From: Amphiscolops sp. MND2022
Lineage: Eukaryota
DNA length: 64,000 nucleotides
Direction: 5' to 3'
Assembly (NCBI GenBank): GCA_964187785.1
Contig: OZ076409.1
Location: forward strand, 64,978,001 to 65,042,000
The notes beneath the pieces were generated by a model, which was not told the DNA's origin, did no database searches, and worked only from the letters and a program-made list of their open reading frames with translations. Made by a program: the position numbers and the translations under genes. Numbering within the stretch: the first letter of the stretch is position 1; every line of letters starts with the position of its first letter. This document shows positions 24,801 to 36,800 of the stretch, piece after piece.

Positions 24801-27800
24801 AAGGCAGTTAGTTCTCAATTTATTTCTGCAATTCTCCACATTTTGAGCACGAACTTGCCTGATGTCTCAGGTACGCTTGCCAAGAACCATGGTAAATCGC
24901 TAGCTAGCCTTGCCAAGATCTTACCATGATCTTACCAAGATCTTGCCAAGGATACCATGATTATGCAAGATCGTGCCAAGCGTTCCATAATTTACCACGA
25001 TCTTGGCAAAGATGCCAAGATTAACCATGTTCTTGACAAGGGTTCCATGGTGGCAAATTCGTTTTTTTTTGGTAAGTCTTCTTTTCTAATTCATTCTATT
25101 TATTTCTATTGCACCGGTTTCTATTGCATTCTCAAACTTCAGTAATTTCAACAGGTTACCTCAATAGGTGAGGTATTAGCAACATTAAGAAATCATAGCT
25201 ACAAAAGTTGGTTTTCACACCGATATCGCAAAACCGCAAGTTGCAATAACTTGATTCGAGTTTGTGTGATGATTTATAATAGTAGTAACGATGCCCTGCT
25301 CTCAAGTAACAAAACTCGGTCAATAGGTGCAGCAATTTATTGAGAAGTTTTGTATACGTTTTAGTTTAGAAGACTTTTTTCGATAAATAAAGGTTATGTC
25401 CGAAGTTATCACAACGGTTTATTCAGAAACTGGAGACGACAAGTAGTTTTCATGAAAAGAATGAATTACACGATTATACAGTTCACAAGTCTTACCATGG
25501 TTATCTTGCCATGATCTTGTCATGATCTTGCCATGAACTTGACAAGCGTTCCATGTATCATGATTAGCCATGATCTTGACAAGGTTACCATGGTTAACCA
25601 TGATTTAGCAAGATTGACCATGATATTGGCAAACGTAGCGTGTCTTCGATCGCTGGGATAAATCAAGCTTTCAAGATGTAGACGCTTCATTTGAATTGAT
25701 AATTTGATGCGGTACAAACATTTTGCCAATAAAACAACTCATTTGACTCTTTCCGCTATGTATTGTTTTACCATTTCGTTTATAACTGTTTGGCCAGTCA
25801 TGCAACCATTTTATTATATTTGTTAATATAGTCCAGTACTCAATGATGATGATCAATTAGCATTAAATTAGGAGGAACGAAATTGTGCGAAAATGTAAAC
25901 TAACTAAGTGTTGAAAAGGGAACGCGTTTAACTAGTACAACACTATCGTTTAATTGACGCGTGGTCCAAATTCAATTATTGACCAATCACAGCGCAGCTA
26001 GTAATACTGCTGTAGTCACGCAGACGGTCGGTCCAATATACTGTTTTAGTTCGCTGCTTGCAATCTATTTCACTGCATCTGAAGTAAACAAATCAGGACT
26101 GTCTGTCTGAAGTAACAAGGCGTGTGGCCTTTTCCACCCTTCTGTCGTTTACAGACGTTTCTTTTGAAATTCAACTGATGTTATCTAAAACCATTTTTAG
26201 CATGACGATATAATGAAGCCTTTTTAAAGCTCTTTTCAAGACTATGACTATCAGAAAATTGAGTGTCAAGAAAAAACTCTGACAAGTTGTCTTAACTATA
26301 ACTCTCAATAACATTTTCTTAAAAGAATACTGAAGTTGACTTGTTAATTTGTGTGTTACTGCAAGCTACTCGTAGTTTTCACTTATCCGGCAGCTGTGAT
26401 TTTTTTGGCACAAACACATGAATTTGTCCTACCGCAAGATGACCTATATATTATTTCGTGGGTAACACAAGTTGGGGAATTCCCAAATTTGGTCCAAAAT
26501 GAGTCCACTTCAGCAAATTGTGACTCCTCAGACAATCCTGAAAACTTTCCTGCTGCTACTGAGCAGAAGGACCAGGGAATGACAAACGTGGACCTCTAGT
26601 CCACTGAAATAGATTACCCAGAACTACTAAATTTAGATTTCTTAAAAACGGTTGTTTTGGGGGATACTATTGTGCCTGAACTATCTATCAGCAAGTTATA
26701 TGCAACTTTCGATACCTTCATGTAAGACAAAAACAACCGGATCCTTCCTTCTATTTAAGAATACTCAGAACGTTAGTAGCTTCAATCAAACAGATGCAAC
26801 TGAACTTTGTCGTGACCCTGAGTCAAATTGACATCAACAAAAAGTATATTTAATCCAAGTGAAACAAGTCCGTAAAAACATCACTCTGTTCAGATCCCCC
26901 ACCATCAGTGCTCAAAAAAGGAATAAACAAGTGCTGTAGACCAATGAACGTAACGTCCATATAACAAACATCAGCTGGGTATAAGGAATGCTTACAGAAA
27001 CGACTGTTACCAGATGTCAAATATCAATTTGTTCCTCAATCTCAGTAGTTGGTTGGTCGTTGATTTTCCTAAACAAAACCAAACGAAAACGCGCAAATAC
27101 TTTCCAAAAACTAATCCATCTTACCGCAGTTCAAAGACTTTCGAAAGCAAGTTCTAACACATTATTCACACTTTGTTGAAACATTTCACGAGGAAGTAAA
27201 TTAGTCAATGGGAAGCCCTGATGAAGTTCGATATTGACACCTTAAAGAACCAACCTGACGTAACTCCCATGACTGGAGAGCGGAATTCAAAAATTTCTGA
27301 TAAAAAAGACTGGGTGCAAGTACTCCTTCAAAGTTATATCTGGTGGAAAAGGTCTAGATAGTGATTGCTGAAAGAGAAATATATACTGACGTCTTTTGGA
27401 CATGAGGTGACAATGTTTGCAAAGATGGGAGAAGTGGAAAGAAAACGTATTAAAAGCGGTTGTAGCCCATATGACAGTACATCACAAATTTGACAATGCA
27501 TGCATCTGGGTTATGATGGTACATATCAAAAATGGAATGAAAACGGTTAACAGTCTGTTTAAATGAAGCAACGGAGGCTGTAGAGGGTAACCAGTTGCTT
27601 GAAGAAGAAATTCCAGCACTCACCTATCAGCTAATTCATTCTACTTATTTTCTACCTATTTATAATTTTTTGGTTCATGAAGCCTGCCAGTGAAATACTC
27701 AACACTTTTCAACTGATTTCTATATATTCTTTTGAACTTCTATTATCTCTTTTCATTTTATCTTTTTCTTTTTATTCTTTTTATCAACGGGACGTGATTG

Positions 27801-30800
27801 GTCCATTCCTCGGTCTAGCCCTGCGGACCCGCGGGCTTTCGTGAAAAATCTTGATTGAGAATTAGTGTTGGTAAATAATTTCACTGCACTTCAAAAACCT
27901 TCAAAATGCTAATAAAACAACTTAAGTGATCCTCAAGGATAAGTGTTGTTACCCAGCATCTAAAAGAATCAAAACGGCTCCACATGGTTGTTACTGAATC
28001 TCTAATTGTAATTGAATTAAGTTGGACGTTCCGTACACTTTGCGTTATGAAATCAGGCCAGCTAAATGCACAATTTGTACTCATTTCAATTGGGCACCTG
28101 TTGTCAATTACTCATCTCCAATAATTCATTGTTCACCATTTCATCTAGTTATTCATTTTATTCAATTACCCATTTCATTAGGTTATTCTTTTCTATCAGC
28201 TCATCAAAGTTCTCTTTCTGTTATCAACGCATTGTGACTGCAGCAAAGATAATGTCGAGCGGACCTGCAGTCCTACTAGCCCACTTGAAGAAGTTGAGAG
28301 ATTAATTTTAAACACCCATCCCATCGTGTACGAATGGAGATTCAATAACAACGTGACGACCGGTATGCACCGGTATATTTTCCGCCTTCAATTGGCTCAC
28401 TACAGTCGCTTAATCAATAGTTTTTCTCCTCCTTGGAGAAACGCAAATTCTTCTGATACAACGTCAAAGTCAAGATGCGGATATAGCGCAATAATTTTGA
28501 AACTCTGCGTCCTTCTTAGTAAAACACAATTTACTTCGGACATAACGTCGAAAGTTCGGATATAGCGTACTGGGACAAAAGGAGGCGCACTTTTTTGAAC
28601 CTCCGCCTCCTCTTTTTTGAAACGCAACATAATTCGCATAATGCGGATATAACGTCAAAATAGCGTGCTAGGACAAATGGGAGCACATTTCTTGAACCCG
28701 GGCTCCTCATTACTAAAACGCAATATAGTTCGGATATAACGTCAAAAAGTCGGATATAGCGCAATAATGTCGAACCTCTGCTTACGCCTTAGTAAAACGC
28801 AATTTACTTCGAATGTAACGTCAAAAGTTAGCATATATCGTGCTTGGCAGTAACTACATGCATGTGAGTAAGTGACTACTAAGGAGTCTGAGTGAGGAGG
28901 CTGAGTAAGTGGAGCGAGTATAGATTGGAGATTTGGCAGAGAAATTGTGGAAACAACGCAACAGAGATCATGATTTTCTTTCCTCTACACAAAAAAATGT
29001 GGGGGCGGAAAATAACAGATCATGACTTTCCTCCCCTTACACAAAATTTTGTGGGTGCAGAAAATAACAAATACTTGGATGCAGACAGGACTTTTTCAAT
29101 TTGAATCAAAGCGACTGCCTCAGGTTATTCCCTCCGACATTTATGTGTCTAAATTGACTTTCGGTCCACTTGGCGACAGCAAGCATTGATTACATATGTC
29201 AAACGTTTATGTTGTAGATGCTTGATTTATGCTTTTTGATTGGACCTTCGGTCCACTTGGCCTCAAGAACATACTTTACATAAACCAAGCGTTCAAGATG
29301 TAGATGCCTAATTTGAATTATTCTCTTTTTGTAGAACAATCATTTGGCCACTAAAACAACAGTTTGACTCTCTACGCTATGTATTATTTGACTCTTTCAC
29401 CTATATTTACTTGACCAGTCTTGCAACCATATTATTATATTTGTTATTATAGACCAGTACTCAATGGTCATGATGAATTAGCATTAAAAGAAGAGGAGCG
29501 AAATTGTGCGGAATTGTAAACATACTAAGTGTTGTAAAGGGAACGCGTTTACCTTGTACAACGCAATAATTTAATAGATACCAGGCCCAAATTCAATTGA
29601 TCACCAATCACAGCGCTGCTAGTAAAACTGCTGTAGTCACACGGACCATAGGTCCACTATACCGATTGTTTTAGTTCGCAGTTGGATGTCTAATTCACTA
29701 CTTTTAAAGTAAACGAATCTGGACTGTCAGTCTAAAGTAACAGACTTCTGTCATTCCCAGACCTTTCTTTTGAAGTTCAACTGATGCTATTTTTATTCCT
29801 ATTTAGACATGACATAATAATGAAGCCATTTTAAAGCTATTTTCAACACGATGACTATCAAGAAATTGAGTGTTGTTGAAAATGTAGTGTATATAGCTGA
29901 TCCCACTGTCCAAGGGTCCATAGTCTTGATAAAGATGTTACATTTGAATTGTTTTCATCCATTTTGCTGAAGGTCTGACATGTTGTTATACCTATAATTC
30001 GCAATAATGTTTTCCAAGAAGAATACTGATTTCTTATAATTGCCCTGAACTATAGATCAGAAAGCAATTAAAAGCGTTCTAGACAATCAGACTTGATGTC
30101 TCACTTAGATGATTTACATGGAAATTTTCAACAAATTAGTCATGAAAAGTACTCAGAATCAAGAGAACTAGAAGTGGACCTAACGTTGAATGGACTACAT
30201 GAAGACGGAAACCCAAATGGATATGAATTTAGATCTTTATCATCCTCAAATAGTGGAGGAAATAGTAAAAGATCTGGAAACGGACCTATTGTCTAATTGG
30301 TCACACAAAACAGATATTCTAGCACAAAGGAATTTAGTTCGAATATTAACTCTAATAGTATGGAAAAGAATCGAAAAATGCTGGAAAACCTTTTATAGAC
30401 CCTGCATTTGATGAGAAAATCATTCCGCTGACTCACTTTGGCCTGGGACCACTTAAAGAGGGACTTAGCGCAAAAGTGGACCTTCGGTCTGTGGGACTAC
30501 ACTGGAACCCCGAAGTCAAATAGGCCGCAAAACAGACCTAAAACTAAGTTTATTCTTTGTAACTCTGGTTGAGATCACGGATAACCCTCTCCAGAATTAC
30601 GACACCTCAGAAAGAAAGATACACACAAATGAGGCAGAACCTAGTCGAAGTTAGAACATACGAAGTTGGTCGAAGTTCTGATGGTGTGTACTCAGCTTTT
30701 CTGGACAGCTTTCTTTTGCAGCTTCGAATAATCTTCAGCTTCGTACCTTAATCTTTATGATGCAAACTGATTTGTTGACACCTCTCAAGTCGAAGTTAGA

Positions 30801-33800
30801 ACATACGAAGTTGGTCGAAGTTCTGATGGTGTGTACTCAGCTTTTCTGGACAGCTTTCTTTTGCAGCTTCGAATAATCTTCGGCTTCGTACATTAATCTT
30901 TATGATGCAAACTGATTTGTTGACACCTCTCAAGCTTAAAGACCCGCTGATACGTTGTCAAAATTTTAGAACATTTAGATCTCAACTTGCTGTCACAAAA
31001 ATTTTTGATTCAGCTTCCGATGTGAATGAATTAAACCTTCAGAGTAAGCATATTAGGTTTTAAAAAGGTTGTGGGTTTAAAAGTGGGGCTGCTGAATTCA
31101 GATCCTTTTCGAACTAGAACGAAGGAGTAGGTGGATTTAAAAAATTAAAAGCCCGTTTTTCGATGTTATTTCAGTGTTATAAAAACCAGACTCCCACTCA
31201 GCACCCTGAAAGAAAAACAATTTTTAGGTCTCAATCGTAGCCGGATAGATTACGAAGTTTGCACCGAAATGTTTTTAAATCAATGAAACGTTTGACATGC
31301 TTTGGGTTTTTTCAAATTCTTTCTGGGCAATTTTTGATAACTTTCGAATTCTTTACAGAAAAGTATTGTTAACAAGCTAGTTGTTTTGTCGTTGAAATCG
31401 TTGGAAATTATACCCACGGAAACAATCAAATATTGTACCCAATTTGTACGAAACGGTGAAAGACCCCGGATTTTTTGCTATTTTTGGTGCATTTTGTCAT
31501 ATACATGTATCATTCTGTACACTTCTCTCGAAAAAGTTCAAGCATCACAAATGCATATGCTACGGACGCAATATTATTTCCTTCCGTGGAAGACTCTGTT
31601 TTTGATTTCGAATTTTAAGTGGGGAAAAAGTCAAGTTTGTTTTTGCTTTTTGCAAATTCGTGTTTTCATAAAGGAAGATCTTTAGCATAAAGACAAAATC
31701 TTTAGCATATTAGCATTCTTTCGTGTGGAGAAATCTGAAGTTTTTTCAAGCCCCGAAATGCATCGAAAATGCAAGAAAAATTGTATTTTTTATTGTGTTC
31801 GTGCGAGAGAATCGCAGAAAACGTTACTAACTCATTGCCTTTTAAGGGAACTTCAGAGAAAAGTATCGCTGCCTAACGGATAAGGGTTCGAACCCTTATC
31901 CGTTAGGCAGCGATACTTTTCTCTGAAGTTCCCTTAAAAGGCAATGAGTTAGTAACGTTTTCTGCGATTCTCTCGCACGAACACAATAAAAAATACAATT
32001 TTTCTTGCATTTTCGATGCATTTCGGGGCTTGAAAAAACTTCAGATTTCTCCACACGAAAGAATGCTAATATGCTAAAGATTTTGTCTTTGAGCTATTTT
32101 TCGAATGTTCGACTCTTTATTCTTCAAAAAGTAGGTCACGTCACAGCAAATTCAACTCATTAGAAAAAAACAACCTGTAGTAGTTTTGGCAGAAAGCGCA
32201 CCTTGTACGACAACATTGTTTGTTCCGCAGAAGCATCTTTTCAGACAGGTTCAAAATTCATAAATTGTGCTTCCATGTCAGATACCTTGACAGAGGCTTT
32301 ATGCAGATTAACAACTAGTTTATTAACAACTTTTTGATGTCAGTTCATATCATCTGTTCCCAAAATGGAGCCACATTGCCGAGTGAGATTAAGGATAGAC
32401 ATGGCTTGATTGTTGACAGGCAGTTGACTGACTGTTGATTGACTGACAGTATGTTTGAAGAGAAGATATGTTCAACAGAAAAGCTCTTAATATTAACTGG
32501 CGTACGAACTTCTAGAGATTTTGCATGCAAGGTTTGATGATGTGAAGAACCCCCAAAATTATCTTAGTGAAGAATTTGGCCCCATGTTGGGTCTCTTGAT
32601 CCACCCCATCTGCACAAATCAGAAGTAATCACAATCTAATTTATTAATTGAAATTGCTCACGGTTTATTGCCCAAATTATTTGTGCTTGTTCAACCAATT
32701 TAACCTGGACAGTACATTGAGAAGAAAAATTGACAAGAATTCGACAAAACTATTTCAAAGCTTAATTTCCCAACGGATAATAGCCGCAGCTCAAATCAAT
32801 TTTGTGCTCCTGAAAGCCCTTTACCTAAGCTACGGGAGTTGGCGCCACTTGTTAGGATGAGAGGGCCACCAGGACGGCGCGGGCCCGGCTCTGCTAGGCC
32901 TTTCAAATGCCGGTCAAACTCATAACTGAATATACATTGAGAAAACTTCTGTATGCATCTTCAATGGTGGCCCGCTGTATTATTATAGTGGGACAGTAAC
33001 AGCATACAGTTGCTCAGTTATTCAGAAAACCTATTTTTCTGAAATGTAATATTTTGCAAATTTTCCACTTACTTTTTTTCCGGTGGCTCGGAAAAAAACT
33101 ATATTGACACAAATAACAAACCACCCCAGATACTCTAATAGATTGTTGGCAAGAAAGACAAAGCTTCGTTTTCCTACATTTTTTTGCGTTTCGTATTTTT
33201 TATTCATTGCGAAAAAAATCGCTGTACTCATTTGAGGACGAAATCACTGTCGAGGTTAAGCCAAAAAAGAAGCAGTATGATAGTAAATACTACTTGTATT
33301 GAAAAATACAAAAACAAAATTCAACCAAATCTTTAGCTTTTAATAGATTGACAATAGGTGTCGGCGGTCCGGGAAATTTCAAACTTCGCTTCGGTTTCGG
33401 TTCGGTTCGGGCCAAAAAATCGGTTTTCAACTTCAGTTCGGTTTTTTCAAGTCTAAAATCTTTAAGTTTAACTTCTAGTGTTTGGTTGAAGAACTCAATT
33501 GAACTTGTGAATCAGTGAAACTAGTTGGTTGATAATTGATCAATTAAAAACGCGCGAGCAGCAGTGGTTGTTAGTTGTTCTATTTCTAAGAAATGCAAGG
33601 TTATATGCTGCGATATACGCCGCATTTTTCACAACACCCTGGTTAATACCGAGTACATGTAAACCGAACCGAAACTTCAGTTTTCGGTTTTCGGTTCATA
33701 TACGAGACTGTTCGGTTTTCGGTTCGGTTCGGTTAACCGCCGACCCCTAATTGACAACTCTCTCGTTCTTCATTTACCTTACAGTCCAATTTATGCATTT

Positions 33801-36800
33801 GAATTCAACTTCCCAGAAATCGGCCCCGATAGGTCGACGGAGAAGAATGCTTATTAAGTACCGCAAAATGAGATTTGCGTAAACATAAAGTTCAAGTCTC
33901 TCGTGTTCAGGCAAGCAACATAAAACAAGACGAGAACGTCTAAAGTCGGCGCCATATCTGAGGCTCAAAAAGCGCAAAAGACTTTTTTTGAAAAAAAACT
34001 TAAAAATTTTTTTTCGAAATTTTATCGAATTTTTTTTTCGAAAAACCAAAAAAATGGACTGAGTGGCGCGCCGGGGCCCGCTAGCGCGAGCCCGTGGCGC
34101 GCTAAAAGAGGGACACTTCCGAAATTGTCAACATTTTTGTTGCAGTTGAAGGAGGAACCCTTTGGAGAAAAAACAAATTTTCGAAAAAAAGTCTCACAAT
34201 GCCGAAAAACTGAAAGGGGGGACCCTTTGGAATTTTTAAACACCCAATGTGTTGTAAAATATCAAAGAAATTGAAGGAAGACCCTTTGGAGAGAAAATAA
34301 TTTTCGGAAAAAATCTCACAGTGCCGAAAAAAATTGAAAGGAGGGACCTTTTGGGGTTTTTCACCATCCATTCAGTCGCAAAACATCAAAAAATTGAAGG
34401 GATGAAAATTTTTTATTTTCGAAAAAAAATCTCACAGTGCCGAAAAAAACTGAAAGGGGGGAACCTTTGGAATTTTCCAACATCCATTTTGTCGCAAAAC
34501 AGCAAAAAATTGAAGGGGGGACCCTTTGGAGACAAAAAAAATTTCAAAAAAAGTCGCACAGTGCCGAAAAAAACTTAAAGGGGGGGGGGGACCTATTGTC
34601 TCGTCAGGTTTTGTATCTTACGATACAAATGGAGTAACTGAAAGGGGGGACCCTTTGCACTATCTTAAATACGCTCCCCGTTTGCCGATCCAGTACTTTA
34701 GTTTAGTAGTTCTGTTCTGTAAAAAGTGTCCACTACGCATACATTCTGTTATCTGACGAAAAAAAAAACAAGACGGGAACGTCTAAAGTCGGCGCTATAT
34801 CTAAGGCTCAAAAAGCTCAGTTTTCTAAATAAGCCCAGGATGTATTCATGAAAAGCTTTGAAAACACTTTCGAGACACCCAAAGTGTGCCTTTCATGCTC
34901 GATATGACTGGAAAATCACTTTTCTCGACTGGAAACAAAAAATTTTTGAAATTTTTTTTTGAAAAAAAAACTTCGAAAACGTCGCATAGTGCCGAAAAAT
35001 GAAAAGGGGGGACCCTTTGGGATTCATTAACATACTTTCTGTTGCAAAATATCAAAAAATCCGAAGGGGGGACTCTTTTGAAAAATTAAAAATTTTCGAA
35101 AAAAAATTCGCACAGTGCCGAAAAAAAATTGAAAGGGGGGACCCTTTGGAGTCTTCCGGTTTTGTAGGTTACGTAAAAAAGGTAAAAAACGAAAGGGGGG
35201 ACCCTTTGCAGTAAGTTTGCATTGGTGAAACTTGGCCTGAGTGAACTTATCAGTTTCTGTAAAAAGTGGTACATACGCGATGAGCTCTGTGGTCTGACGA
35301 AAAAAAAAAAACTAGCCACTGTAATAGTCGGGCTTTTTTCCTTAAAGGAAAATGCGCCGACTAAAAACTAGCCACTGTAATAGTCGGGCTCATTTTCTTC
35401 TAAAATGCGCCGACTAAAAACGGCAAACAGTCTTAAAACGTGAAAAACACGTGTTTACCAAGAACTGAATTAATGTTTAGGCCGATAAACTCAAAAATTG
35501 TGTGTGCCATACAATTACAAAAGGTTAACATTTCAAGCGAAATTTTGCATGTCATACTTGAGGCGTTTCAGATAATTTTATATGATTTTATAACTTGATA
35601 TTCTTGGCCCCAAAGATATTCGTGGCCACTGATTTTAACTATGAATTGAAAAATGATATTTGAAAATTTGAATAGACCGAATAAGCAGAGTTCTGGCTCA
35701 TATAAAATTATTGAAGCTTTTTAAAGGTTGGCAGTACCGTATATTCGGGCGTATAAGCCCCTCCGTAAAAGCCCCCTCCCCAATTTTGAAAGGGAAATTA
35801 ATGATTTACGGTATGTTCGTCATATAACCCCCCCCCCAAAATCAAGAAAAATAAAGGAAAATAAAAGTTTAATAAATTGAATGAGTTTTGGAGGTATGAA
35901 TTCAGTTTTCAATTCTCAGGGACTGAAATCGGAGCCATCATCTGTCATTTCCTCTGGTTCTGAAACTTCTTCGAAAAGAAAATTAACTGCAACGTCATCC
36001 AACTCGTCATCATATCGGTGAATGCCAAAATTTTGATTCTGAAAAACGATTTTCGTTTTATTTTCGTCCCATAGCCATCTCCCCAAACCTTTGACCACCA
36101 AAAATTCAAAAAAAGAGGGGGCTTATACGCCGGAATATACGGTATAATAATAACGCAATTTTGTTTGCAAAACCGAGTGATTACAAGGGTTTAAAAAGCC
36201 CCGGGAACTGAAACATAAATTTATTTACCAAGATATAAACATAAGATTAGATTGAAAAATGCAAAACAGTACAATAAAATACAATGCTTGAAATTACTTT
36301 CGAAAAGACGCACACTTTTTTCTTGTAGTGTCAACTTGCCGCCGGGAGAAAATGCTGCACATTTCAGAGCTTTCGCAATTGCATCGAAACAATTATGTTG
36401 TTAGAATAACTATATACAGTAGTAACTTTTACTATACATTTAATCTTTTTACCTTGATAGCTGAAAGGGTGTTATCCTTGTTAATGAAGGCTCCAGATAT
36501 TGGAGAAAAGGCCGCATTGAGTCCCCAAGCGGTTGAAACTATCCAACCAATCCCGGCAGTGGAAGCTTGCAACTCTTCTTTCATCTGTTCAATCAGCAAA
36601 CTCGTGCCAAAAAGCGGCATTCCAACTGGAATTGTGATCAACATCAAACATGTCACGCAAACCCAAGCTTTGGCATTTTCCGCGTTTCCTGACAAACTAT
36701 TTCTCAGAGACTTGGTGAATCCTTTGACCCCACTCTGTTTTTCAGACACCTCCGTATTCTCTTGAGAATATTCGTTTTCCTGGTCTTCTTCAGGTTCTAC

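Noticed and set aside
28420..28850. CRISPR-like repeat-spacer array
   Set aside because: Units are degenerate along their whole length with no unique spacers, there are no cas genes, and the context is eukaryotic.
34100..35220. Short Lys/Phe-rich ORFs in the repeat arrays
   Set aside because: Translation by-products of A/T-run tandem repeats.
36328..36765. 145 aa plus-strand ORF
   Set aside because: Antisense shadow of the transporter's first exon.
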